Assembly (NCBI GenBank): GCA_031261325.1
Contig: JAISKH010000053.1
Span: 29,539 to 93,538 of the forward strand
Source: Oscillospiraceae bacterium
GTDB lineage: Bacteria; Bacillota; Clostridia; Oscillospirales; Oscillospiraceae
Direction: 5' to 3'
DNA length: 64,000 nt
Positions 8,649-17,485 of this stretch are shown piece by piece. Each line of letters begins with the position of its first letter. Within the stretch, counting starts at the first letter, position 1. A program made the translations under genes and the position numbers. The notes below the pieces were generated by a model. The model was not told where the DNA came from, made no database searches, and saw nothing but the letters and a program-made list of their open reading frames with translations.

Positions 8649-9734
8649 TTGAAGAAGCTTTGGGATAAACGAGTTTATATGGTGATTGCCGTGAGTATAA
8701 TCCTGTTCCTGACCGTGAGTATCCTGTCATTCGTCTCCATAAAGCAGCTGCAAGGCAACGCGCGCGTCGTCAATTACGACGGCATAGTGCGCGGCGCGAC
8801 GCAGAAGCTGATGAAAATGGAGCTACAAAGCGCGTACTCGGGCGGCGTTGACGTCGGAGCGCGCGACGCGCTGCGGGAGCGGCTTGACGCGATTCTCCAC
8901 GCGCTTGACACGGGCGAGGGCTTGACGGAGGAAACCCAAAACATCATTGCGCTGCAAGATGAAACGCACAGCGGAATGATTAAGGCGCTCCTTGAAAAAT
9001 GGGCGGCGCTAAAAGACGAGATTCAGCGCGTGCGCGGCGGCGCGAACCCCGAAACGCTCTACACAATGAGCGAGGAATACTTCAAGCTCGCAAATGACAC
9101 GGTTTTCGCGGCGGAGGACTTCTCGGAAAGTCAGGTTGACAACACGACGACGATTCTGCTCGGCGTAAACGCGGTGTTTATCCTGTTCATCTTGGTCGCC
9201 GTAATCTTCATCGTCCGCAGCATGGCGGTCAGGCGGCGCGCGGACATGCTCGGCAAAATAGCGTACATCGACCCGCTGACTCAGCTCGAAAACCGCGCGA
9301 GCTGCGAGCGGCTGATTGCGCGCTACAAGGCAAGCCCGCCGCAGGGCAGCGTCGCCGTATTGATGTTCGACATGAACAACCTCAAGCTGGCGAACGACTT
9401 CCTCGGTCATCAGGGCGGCGACCAGATTATCTTCAATTTCGCAAAAATAATCGGCAACGAAGCGAAAGACTTCGGTTTCGTCGGGCGTTACGGCGGCGAC
9501 GAGTTCCTCGCCGTACTGGAGCGCGCGGACGAATCGCGGGCGGAGGAATACCTGCAACGCGTGAACAGTCAGATTGCGGCTTACAACTCCCTGCGCGTGA
9601 ACGACATTGAGAAAATCAGCTTCGCCGCGGGAATCGCGTCGGGCACGTTGGCGGATAATGAAATCGACGACTTGATTTACGCGGCGGACAGAAACATGTA
9701 CGCCAACAAACGCGAGATGAAAAAGTCGCTCTAA
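8649..9734 (+). CDS. Membrane-anchored diguanylate cyclase (GGDEF domain) with a periplasmic/extracytoplasmic sensor region
   Basis: 'GGDEF' is present in 'RYGGDEFLAVLERAD'. An upstream 'DPLTQLENR' stretch is also present. There are two TM segments. The start is uncertain: TTG at 8649 after GGGGTG, while the ORF track opens at 8631. Confidence 0.8.
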   Translation: MKKLWDKRVYMVIAVSIILFLTVSILSFVSIKQLQGNARVVNYDGIVRGATQKLMKMELQSAYSGGVDVGARDALRERLDAILHALDTGEGLTEETQNIIALQDETHSGMIKALLEKWAALKDEIQRVRGGANPETLYTMSEEYFKLANDTVFAAEDFSESQVDNTTTILLGVNAVFILFILVAVIFIVRSMAVRRRADMLGKIAYIDPLTQLENRASCERLIARYKASPPQGSVAVLMFDMNNLKLANDFLGHQGGDQIIFNFAKIIGNEAKDFGFVGRYGGDEFLAVLERADESRAEEYLQRVNSQIAAYNSLRVNDIEKISFAAGIASGTLADNEIDDLIYAADRNMYANKREMKKSL

Positions 9735-9799
9735 TCGCGCGGAACGTCTAAAGCGAAAGCACCGAATTACGATAAGAATTGCTGCAATTATATTCCACA

Positions 9800-9841
9800 A
9801 ATCGCCAATACGTGACAACGCACACGCATTGGCGATTTGCT
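9800..9841 (+). terminator. Stem-loop downstream of the GGDEF gene, a possible terminator
   Basis: CAAATCGCCAAT-(18 nt)-ATTGGCGATTTG forms a 12-bp stem. An A/T-rich tract follows. The loop is long, so confidence is low. Confidence 0.35.
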
Positions 9842-9936
9842 TATAAAGCCAAAAAAAGGTTGCAATTAGGGCACAATTATGAGGTTACAGAAACAAAAAT
9901 TTTTCTCCGATATGTAAAAATTATGTAAATATGCTA

Positions 9937-9965
9937 TTGACAAACTAACGATAGTTAGTTACAAT
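9937..9965 (+). promoter_or_regulatory. Consensus sigma-A promoter whose 17-bp spacer is a perfect palindrome, a likely TetR operator
   Basis: TTGACA-aactaacgatagttagt-TACAAT. The spacer contains AACTAAC..GTTAGTT, a 7-bp inverted repeat. It lies ~30 nt upstream of the 9993 ORF/TetR operon. Confidence 0.5.
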
Positions 9966-9992
9966 ATCCCCGAAAGGAAGGCGTAATGTATT

Positions 9993-10343
9993 ATGGAAAC
10001 ACATTTATTCACAAGGGGCTACGTTCATGTGGACGACGAACCCGGTTACACACTTGAATATTATCTGGAGTCAGGCAGCGGCAATGTCTACGGCATACGC
10101 GTCGCCGCGTATCAGCAGGGCGTGCTGTTGGACGAAAGCCGTGAAATGCTCTCGACTGATTACAATTACGTTCAAAACACAATAAAATACTTATCGGAAA
10201 ACTTTGTGTTTCCCTCTCATCTGGCGGATATTTTGGAGGACGTCGAGCTTGTAACATTAAAGACAGGGGGTAACAATGGATATAGACATATCAGAGCTTT
10301 CGGTGTTCCGCATCTTGGGCAAAGACTACAACATTCCGTTTGA
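9993..10343 (+). CDS. Small hypothetical protein (116 aa), first gene of the TetR operon
   Basis: ORF with AGGAAGG SD. No recognised motifs. Its 3' end overlaps the TetR start by 68 nt in another frame, so the true C-terminus is uncertain. Confidence 0.4.
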   Translation: METHLFTRGYVHVDDEPGYTLEYYLESGSGNVYGIRVAAYQQGVLLDESREMLSTDYNYVQNTIKYLSENFVFPSHLADILEDVELVTLKTGGNNGYRHIRAFGVPHLGQRLQHSV

Positions 10344-10953
10344 GTCCGAGAAAGGCGGGACAAAGGAGAAAATCCTCGTATATTCGACGATGCTCTTCGC
10401 AATGCGCGGTTACACAGCCGTTTCAATGAAAGACATTGCGGCGGAAGCGGGAATCCAATCCGCCTCGCTGTACTATCACTTCCCGAGCAAGGGCGCGCTC
10501 TGGCGCGAAGTGGTCGGGCACACGGAAGAGCTGTATCGGCTGTATCACGATATTTTGCGGGAAAAGCTCCTGTCGGCGGAGAGCATTGAGGAACTGCTTG
10601 AAATCCTCTTTCATGAGCCGGAAAAGATGGATAACATCTTCACATGCTTTGCCTTCAGCCTGATTCAAAGCGAGCAATTTCGCGACGAACAGACGTGGCG
10701 GGTGTACAATGAAACGTTCATGCGGTATTCAATCGACGTAATATCCGCGAGCTTTGACCGCGCCATTCGGCTTGGCTTCGCGCCGCAATTTGACACGGTA
10801 GCTACGGCGGCGGCGATTTTATATTTCGTGCTTCAGCAGACGAATATCACCACGCAGAAGCTCATGGGCAGAGTCGTCCCGCATGACCCGCCCGAGTTCG
10901 TAAAGCAATACCACGCGCATCTGCTTAATTTGTTACACGCGTCCGCGCGCTAA
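10276..10953 (+). CDS. TetR/AcrR-family transcriptional regulator
   Basis: The N-terminal HTH 'TKEKILVYSTMLFAMRGYTAVSMKDIAAEAGIQSASLYYHFPSKGALW' is the TetR signature. SD GGGGG lies 7 nt upstream of the ATG. Confidence 0.8.
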   Translation: MDIDISELSVFRILGKDYNIPFESEKGGTKEKILVYSTMLFAMRGYTAVSMKDIAAEAGIQSASLYYHFPSKGALWREVVGHTEELYRLYHDILREKLLSAESIEELLEILFHEPEKMDNIFTCFAFSLIQSEQFRDEQTWRVYNETFMRYSIDVISASFDRAIRLGFAPQFDTVATAAAILYFVLQQTNITTQKLMGRVVPHDPPEFVKQYHAHLLNLLHASAR

Positions 10954-11038
10954 ACGCGGGGAAGTACCCCGCCCAACAACAAACAAAAGCCCTCCGCAAC
11001 CGACAAATGTCGGCGCGGAGGGCTTTGCCATTCGGCGC

Positions 11039-13084
11039 CTACGGCACGAGCACACCCTCGGGCACAATCGTCGTTGCCTGCTCGCTCTTAAAATAGCTGT
11101 CCATCACGACGCGGCTAATCTCCATAACCGCCGCGCCGGAGCCGCCCTTTTCAACCACGACCGAAATCGCGAGCTGCGGATTATCGGACGGCGCGTAGCA
11201 CACGAACACGCCGTTGTTGATAACCGACGTGTCCGACTGCACGGTGCCCGTCTTTGCCGAAACGCGCACGGGATAGTTGCCGAACACGGAGGACGCGGTG
11301 CCGGTTGACGCGGAGGAGCGCATACCCTCCCGCAAGTAAGAGAGATATTCGGTATCCTCAATCACGTTGCGAACCTCCGGCTCATGCGCGTATGTAACGC
11401 CCGAAAAGTCCGCCGTGCGCACGTTTCGCAGCAGCGTCAGCGCGTAATGCGTGCCGCCGTTGGCAAGCGTCGCGACGTAATTGGCGAGCTGCACGGGCGT
11501 GAACATGTTGTGCCCCTGACCGATTGACGCGAGCAGCGTGTCCCCGCCGTACCAGGACTCACCCGTGACCTTCTTCTTGTAATCGGGCGTGGACAGCGTG
11601 CCCGTAATCTCCGAAACCTCAAGCCCCGTCTTTTCGCCCAAGCCGAACTCCATAGCCGTTTGCCACAGCCTGTCCGCGCCCGTGTCGTCGCCCACGCGGT
11701 AAAAGAAATAGTTACAGGAGTCGCGCAGCGCGGTGACAATATCTTCATACCCGTGAGTGCCGGGGAAAATCCAGCATTTCGGCTGATAGTCCTTATACTT
11801 CGTGTAACGCCCGAGGTCGTCAATCTGCGTCCACCGCGTGATAACGCCCGCGCGCAAGCCCGCAAGCCCCGTCACCATCTTAAAGGTCGAGCCGGGGTTA
11901 TACATGCCCTGCATCGCGCGGTTGACAAGCGGAGTCGCGAGGTCTTGACTTAAGGCGTTAATGTCCTGCGCCAGCGTCGCGGGGTTGAACGACGGATAAC
12001 TTGCCGCCGCGAGCAATTCGCCCGTTTCGGGGTCCGTAACCGCGACGGCGCCGCCCATTGCGCGCTCGTCCTCCCCGCGTTCAGGCTCTTGGTTCAGCAG
12101 GTCGATGAACTCCGCGAGGGCGTTCTCCGCCGTCTCCTGCAGCGCGATGTCGATAGTGAGGTACACATTGCCGCCGGGTATCGGCTCCTTTGTAACCACC
12201 ACGTCAACAACGGAGCCGTCCGCACCCGTCGTAACGATTTGCTCGCCGTCCACACCGTGCAGATACTCCTCAAAAGCGCGCTCCGCGCCCGTCTTGCCGA
12301 CGAAAGCGTCCATCGGGTACCCGAGCGGACCGAAAATCTCATAGTCCGCCGCGTCCATGCGCCGCAGGTACCCGAGCAGGTGCGCCGCGTATTGCGTGTG
12401 ATACTCGCGCGCAACGCCTGTCGAAACGGTAACGCCCGGCCAAGAGCTTTCCTTAATCTCGGAGACGAACGCCACGTCCACGTCGTCGGCGAATACGAAC
12501 GTGGGAATGCTCGGAATAATCACGCGAATCTCCATCTCGTAGCGCAGCCCGATAATCAGCCGCGCGTCCGCAATGCCCGTCGTGTAATCAATGCCGTAGT
12601 GCGACTTCAGCCACACAATGAGGTCGGAGGCGGAAATGTCAGGCTCAAGGTTAAAGTACTCGAAATACTTGTTCAGCCTGTCACGTTGCGTGTCAGACAT
12701 GTTGTAAGCGTAAGTAAACGGCGCGCCGATTGTAATCGGAAACGTGTCGCGATAGGCGACGCCGCGCTCGGTCGCGTAGTGCGCCAAACCGAGTAGTATC
12801 TCGTTCGTGTCGCTCGCCATGAGCAGCGCGGCGCGGTTCAGCGAAACGCTGTAGGACGGGCGGCTCGAAACGAGCAAAACGCCGTTGCGGTCAAGTATAT
12901 CGCCGCGGTCGGCGACGAGAATTTCCGTGCGCGTCGTCTTGGAGAGCGGCATCAAATCCTCAACAAGCGTCTCGGGTGCGGAATAAACCTGCATACGGTA
13001 CAACACGGCGGAATAGAACGACAGAACAATCGCCATAAAAACAAACAGCGTGATAATCCTAGCCGGCTTATAGAAATTCTGCAT
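11039..13084 (-). CDS. mrdA: Penicillin-binding protein 2 (class B transpeptidase, elongation-specific)
   Basis: N-terminal TM. SxxK ('STFKMVTG'), SxN ('DSCNYFF') and KTG ('KTGTVQ') motifs are present. It sits immediately downstream of mreD. Confidence 0.85.
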   Translation of the reverse strand: MQNFYKPARIITLFVFMAIVLSFYSAVLYRMQVYSAPETLVEDLMPLSKTTRTEILVADRGDILDRNGVLLVSSRPSYSVSLNRAALLMASDTNEILLGLAHYATERGVAYRDTFPITIGAPFTYAYNMSDTQRDRLNKYFEYFNLEPDISASDLIVWLKSHYGIDYTTGIADARLIIGLRYEMEIRVIIPSIPTFVFADDVDVAFVSEIKESSWPGVTVSTGVAREYHTQYAAHLLGYLRRMDAADYEIFGPLGYPMDAFVGKTGAERAFEEYLHGVDGEQIVTTGADGSVVDVVVTKEPIPGGNVYLTIDIALQETAENALAEFIDLLNQEPERGEDERAMGGAVAVTDPETGELLAAASYPSFNPATLAQDINALSQDLATPLVNRAMQGMYNPGSTFKMVTGLAGLRAGVITRWTQIDDLGRYTKYKDYQPKCWIFPGTHGYEDIVTALRDSCNYFFYRVGDDTGADRLWQTAMEFGLGEKTGLEVSEITGTLSTPDYKKKVTGESWYGGDTLLASIGQGHNMFTPVQLANYVATLANGGTHYALTLLRNVRTADFSGVTYAHEPEVRNVIEDTEYLSYLREGMRSSASTGTASSVFGNYPVRVSAKTGTVQSDTSVINNGVFVCYAPSDNPQLAISVVVEKGGSGAAVMEISRVVMDSYFKSEQATTIVPEGVLVP

Positions 13085-13116
13085 AAAACACCTTTCGCTT
13101 TATAAGCGTCCGAAAA

Positions 13117-13623
13117 CTAACTTCTGACCTCGCGTCTCGTAACCGCACGCGCCGCGAAATACACGGGTATCGTGAATATCAGCGAGGTATACGTCTGCAA
13201 AAACGCGGTTTGCAGCAGCGGGCGCAGTTCCACGCCGTCAAAAAACAGCAGCGGGAACATCTGCACAAACGCCATCACGACAAGCGTCAGCGCGCAGCAC
13301 ACGAAATACGTCGGGAATCCGCGCGCCATAACGGTGTCGGACAAAAACCCGATAACCAGCCCGACGACCGCAAGCACAAGCGTCGCTGAAGCGACAGGTT
13401 GGTGAAACGACACGTCGCACAGCATACCCGCCGCGATGCCGACAATGCCGCCGCGCACGCTCCCGCCGAACACGCCCGCGCCCACAACCGCGAGCGGCAG
13501 CAGCAGCGGAATCGCCGCAAGCCGAGGAATGTACGGCAGCAGCAGCCCCTGAAACATGTACAGCACGAGCAGCAGCAGCGTGTTCGGCAGGATTGAGTAC
13601 AGAGCCTTACGTCGTTTAATCAT
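13117..13623 (-). CDS. mreD: Rod shape-determining protein MreD
   Basis: 168-aa polytopic membrane protein between mreC and PBP2. Size and position are typical of MreD. No catalytic motif is expected. Confidence 0.65.
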   Translation of the reverse strand: MIKRRKALYSILPNTLLLLVLYMFQGLLLPYIPRLAAIPLLLPLAVVGAGVFGGSVRGGIVGIAAGMLCDVSFHQPVASATLVLAVVGLVIGFLSDTVMARGFPTYFVCCALTLVVMAFVQMFPLLFFDGVELRPLLQTAFLQTYTSLIFTIPVYFAARAVTRREVRS

Positions 13624-13633
13624 AAACCCCCGC

Positions 13634-14482
13634 CTAACCCGTCACGGTAAATTCCGTGATGATGTACACATAGCTCACGCCCGCGTTGCGAACCTCCGCC
13701 GCGGGACGAACCTCCGCGTACATGCCCAATCCCGTCGGGTTGCGCAGCACGCGCGCGACCTCACCGATAACAAGCCCCTCGGGCAGCACGCCGCTCTTGC
13801 CGGAGGTGACAACCGAGTCGCCCGCGAGCACCGCCGTGTCGTCCGACAAATAGTCAAGCTTCAGCAAACCCTCCCGCATCAGCGCGAAGTCGCCCGTAAT
13901 CACGCCGTTCGCGCCCAGCTCGCCAATCAGTGCGCCCGCCGAAAACGTCGTGTCAATAACGGAAACCGCCGTTGAGGTCGTAAGGTCAACCTTTGATATG
14001 CGCCCGACAATAACACCCGTCTCGGTAATAACCGCGTCGCCGACCGACACCTCCGAGTTTGTCGAGCCTTTACTGAGTGTGAACGACGACTGCCAGTTCG
14101 ACGCGCTCCATGACAGAATAGTCGCCGTGTCGTACTTGCGGTCGGAGTGCCGCGCCGTCAGCCCAAGCAAGTCGCGCAGACGCGCGTTCTCCTCCGAAAC
14201 CTCGGTATACTCGCGGTAATCCTGCTTGAACCCCGCAATCTGCTCTTTCAGCATGTTGTTCTCCGCAACCACCTTGTCGTACTCGTACATATAACCGTAA
14301 ATGCTCTCAAACGTGCGCGCCATGGCGGCGACGGCGTTCTTAAGCGGCTTTACAATCACGTCCGCGGCGGTTGACACCGCGCCGGGAGTACCCGTCGTGT
14401 TAACCGCGACAATCGCGACGGTGGCGATAAGCACCGCGACGATTAAGATGATAACATTCCGTTTCGTAACAAAAACTCTCAT
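13634..14482 (-). CDS. mreC: Rod shape-determining protein MreC
   Basis: N-terminal TM, a coiled coil ('ENNMLKEQIAGFKQDYREYTEVSEENARLRDLL') and a beta-rich C-terminal domain ('GDAVITETGVIVGRISKV'). These are characteristic of MreC. Confidence 0.8.
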   Translation of the reverse strand: MRVFVTKRNVIILIVAVLIATVAIVAVNTTGTPGAVSTAADVIVKPLKNAVAAMARTFESIYGYMYEYDKVVAENNMLKEQIAGFKQDYREYTEVSEENARLRDLLGLTARHSDRKYDTATILSWSASNWQSSFTLSKGSTNSEVSVGDAVITETGVIVGRISKVDLTTSTAVSVIDTTFSAGALIGELGANGVITGDFALMREGLLKLDYLSDDTAVLAGDSVVTSGKSGVLPEGLVIGEVARVLRNPTGLGMYAEVRPAAEVRNAGVSYVYIITEFTVTG

Positions 14483-15114
14483 TGAAATCCCTTTAAGCTT
14501 TCAGTCAATACATTAAAGTTAAATTCGTCCCGCAGTACTGCCGCGAGTGCGCAGAGCGGCAAACCCATGACGTTGAAGAAATCGCCGTCCAAACGCTCGA
14601 TAAACAGCGCGCCCAAGCCCTGCGCACCGTATGCGCCCGCCTTGTCCAGCGGCTCGCCCGTCGCGACGTAAGCCGCAATCTCGTCGTCGCGCAGTTCGCG
14701 GAACCGCACAACCGTCCGCTCATAGCGAGCAACCTCGCGCGTTTCACGACCGCTCTTGCCGAGCACGGCGAAGCCCGTGTAAACCTCATGCTCGCGCCCC
14801 GACAGCCGCGCCAGCATGTCCGCCGCATCAAGCGCGTCACGCGGCTTACCTAGTGCGCCGCCCTCCGAAAACACAAGCGTGTCGGCGGCAATCACAAGCA
14901 CGTCGGCTTGCGAATTTGCCTGATTTTCGCGCGCCCAAACTTCACGCGCCCAAACTTCACGCGCTTTGCCGAGCGCGATAGACTTAACCGTTTCGGCGGG
15001 AGAGCCTTGCGCCGCAACCTCGTCGCCCCGCGCCGGAATAACCTCAAAAGCAAGCCCCAACATCGCGAGCAGCTCACGGCGGCGCGGCGAAGCGGAGGCA
15101 AGAATGAGACGCAT
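14479..15114 (-). CDS. maf: Maf-like nucleoside triphosphate pyrophosphatase / septum formation protein
   Basis: 'MRLILASASPRRRELLAMLGLAFEVIPARGDE' is the Maf N-terminal signature. The ATG overlaps the stop of the upstream U32 gene (ATGA). It contains a perfect 15-bp tandem duplication (see findings). Confidence 0.85.
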   Translation of the reverse strand: MRLILASASPRRRELLAMLGLAFEVIPARGDEVAAQGSPAETVKSIALGKAREVWAREVWARENQANSQADVLVIAADTLVFSEGGALGKPRDALDAADMLARLSGREHEVYTGFAVLGKSGRETREVARYERTVVRFRELRDDEIAAYVATGEPLDKAGAYGAQGLGALFIERLDGDFFNVMGLPLCALAAVLRDEFNFNVLTESLKGFQ

Positions 15115-17234
15115 CACTCCACCCCCTTGTAGTACAGTCCGCGCGTAATCCCGCCCGGCTCGTAGCCCGACAGCCCGAGGTAACGCCGAAAGACGGACAC
15201 GCACTCAACCGCGTTCTCCGTCGTAAAGCTCAAACGCCCCGCCCACAGCCCGATTTTCGCCCAATCCTCAAGCCTGTCCGCCATGAACAGCTTGCGTGAA
15301 TTGAGCACGACCGTGCGGCACTTATAGTCGGCGCGCTGCGCACCCTCACGCACGACGGGGAACACAACGCCGCGCCTGTCCGAAAGCCCCGCAAAGTTGT
15401 CGCATGAGCAAACGCCCGTCGCGTTGCGTATCACGCAGTTTTCCGTCAGCATGAGGGGCAGCCGCCCGTAAACAATCAATTCCGTGTCAATCGGCTTTGC
15501 GATGTCGCGAATCTGCGCAAGCATAAGCTCAAACGACAGCGTCGTCGAGACAAGCCCCAAGTCGCGCACGGTTTTCAGCGTCTGCGCGTTGAACACGTTC
15601 AGCCCGAAGTCGCCCCGCGCGTTCAGCCCAAGCTCGCGCACGGTCAGCACCTGCCCGAGATTATGCACGAGCGCGTCCTGTATCCCGAGCTTTTTCGCCG
15701 CGTCCAGCAGGGCGCGCACGCGCTCATACTCCTCGTCAAATATGACGCGCGGCAGGGAAGCCGCAATCGGAATGCCCGCCTCAAGCAGCGGCTCAAGCTG
15801 TTTTTTGTGGCGCAGCTCCTCAAGCGGAATGTACACAAGGTTCGGCTTCAGCGCGGCAAGCTCCGGCGAGAGCTGCGCAGCTTTCAGCACAGATATGTTC
15901 AGCACGGGTTGAGTCTCGCGCGTCTCGTTCTCCTTACGCACCTGCGACGGCTCGTCCGCGATATACGCGTGCTCCTGCGGCGGCGTAAACGGTCTGCGCT
16001 TTTCCATAAGCTCCGCGAGAATGTCTCGCCGAAGCTCATTGACCGCCGAGACGGGCAGCGACAGCCCCGAATCGACGTTTATCTTCGTGCCGACGCACAG
16101 GAAAGGCGTGCCGCCCGTCTTATGCAGCTGCGTTTTAAGCGTCGCGGCGGTCAGCTCGCGGTGAAACGCAAGCTCCGGCAGAGCTCCCGTCGCGACGGCG
16201 GTGTTGCCCCTGTCGTCGATTGCCGCGAGCTTCATCGGCTCGCCCGCCAACACGGACGCGACGAACCGCACGGGCACGCGGCGAAACTCACCGCTCAAAT
16301 AATTGCGCCGCGCGGTGGAGAACATCACGTTTTCGGGCTTTGCGTCCTCGTCGCGCACGCCGAACATGCCGCCGTCGCGCTTGCCGGTATAGTACCCGTC
16401 GGTAAACCCCGAGCGGGAAAACGCGGATTCCAACGCCTTAAGGTCGTCCTCGGAAGGTTCCTTGTTCTCGCGCGCCGCGCGGCTGTAAATACCCGTAACA
16501 ATCGCGGCGTATTCCGGACGCTTCATGCGCCCCTCAATCTTCACGCACGTAACGCCGAGCTTTTCCAGCTCTTCAAGGTGCCCGACGAGACAGTTGTCCT
16601 TCAAGCTCAAGGGATACTCAACGGCGCGGTTGCCCGCCGAATACGGCAAACGACACGGCTGTGCGCACAGACCGCGATTACCGCTCCTGCGCCCGATTAC
16701 AGAGCTGAAGTAGCATTGCCCCGAATAGCTCATGCACAGCGCGCCGTGCACGAATATCTCCGTCTCAATCGGCGCGTTCTTGGTTATGTGCCGTATCTCA
16801 TCACGCGGCAATTCCCGCGCGAGAATAACGCGCGACAGACCCATCGCGGCGGCGAGCTTCGCGCCCTCAAGATTGTGCACGCCCATCTGCGTGCTTGCGT
16901 GCAGCGGCACATCGGGCAATACCTGCCGCAGAGCGCGCATAAGCCCCAAGTCCTGCACGATAAAAGCGTCCGCGCCGAGCTTTGCCGCCGTTTTCGCGAC
17001 GGCGAGCGCGCCGTGAATTTCGCGGTCGGAGACGAGCGTGTTCAGCGTGAGGTAGACCTTCACGCCGCGCACGCGGCAATATTCCGCCGCCGTGGCGAAG
17101 TCGGACTCCGAGAAGTTTTTCGCGTTGCGCCGCGCGTTAAAGTCGCCCATGCCTAAGTAAACCGCGTCCGCGCCGTTCTGCACAGCCGCCACAACGCCCT
17201 CAGGCGACCCTGCGGGCGATAAGATTTCGAGCAT
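15114..17234 (-). CDS. Peptidase U32 family protein (collagenase-like), long form
   Basis: 'MLEILSPAGSPEGVVAAVQNGADAVYLGMGDFNARRNAKNFSE' is the U32 N-terminal signature. 706 aa. Confidence 0.8.
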   Translation of the reverse strand: MLEILSPAGSPEGVVAAVQNGADAVYLGMGDFNARRNAKNFSESDFATAAEYCRVRGVKVYLTLNTLVSDREIHGALAVAKTAAKLGADAFIVQDLGLMRALRQVLPDVPLHASTQMGVHNLEGAKLAAAMGLSRVILARELPRDEIRHITKNAPIETEIFVHGALCMSYSGQCYFSSVIGRRSGNRGLCAQPCRLPYSAGNRAVEYPLSLKDNCLVGHLEELEKLGVTCVKIEGRMKRPEYAAIVTGIYSRAARENKEPSEDDLKALESAFSRSGFTDGYYTGKRDGGMFGVRDEDAKPENVMFSTARRNYLSGEFRRVPVRFVASVLAGEPMKLAAIDDRGNTAVATGALPELAFHRELTAATLKTQLHKTGGTPFLCVGTKINVDSGLSLPVSAVNELRRDILAELMEKRRPFTPPQEHAYIADEPSQVRKENETRETQPVLNISVLKAAQLSPELAALKPNLVYIPLEELRHKKQLEPLLEAGIPIAASLPRVIFDEEYERVRALLDAAKKLGIQDALVHNLGQVLTVRELGLNARGDFGLNVFNAQTLKTVRDLGLVSTTLSFELMLAQIRDIAKPIDTELIVYGRLPLMLTENCVIRNATGVCSCDNFAGLSDRRGVVFPVVREGAQRADYKCRTVVLNSRKLFMADRLEDWAKIGLWAGRLSFTTENAVECVSVFRRYLGLSGYEPGGITRGLYYKGVE

Positions 17235-17410
17235 ATGACCTCACCACCTTATACTTTATATTATAGGTTGAACCAAGCCGCCCGCGGCACGTTACACTTG
17301 CCGTTACATTGGGCAACTTACATAATACCATATCGGAACAGTCATTATATCAGAGAAATATTAACTTTTCTATAATTTTGACGAAAAACAAAAACTTTAA
17401 CCCGCTTTTG

Positions 17411-17439
17411 TTGCTCACGGCGCATTTTGCTGATATAAT
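17411..17439 (+). promoter_or_regulatory. Putative sigma-A promoter for the dnaD-like/dnaI-like operon
   Basis: TTGCTC-17 nt-TATAAT lies ~45 nt upstream of the GTG start. Confidence 0.35.
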
Positions 17440-17485
17440 TAGACACCGCCACAAACGAGCGGGGAAAAAACAGGAGGGGTATGCC

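Noticed and set aside
15663-17156. 497-aa ORF on the + strand, Arg/Ala/His-rich
   Set aside because: It lies entirely antisense to the well-supported U32 peptidase gene. Its composition is typical of spurious ORFs in high-GC DNA. The same reasoning applies to other long antisense ORFs: 12089-12796, 25118-26161, 29099-30160, 33795-34685, 37745-39022, 41305-42246, 46169-47047, 53605-54792.
17309-17485. Upstream in-frame extension of the DnaD-like ORF ('MGNLHNTISEQSLYQRNINF...')
   Set aside because: It runs through an AT-rich promoter-like region. A GTG with a GGAGGGG SD at 17486 gives a sensible N-terminus.
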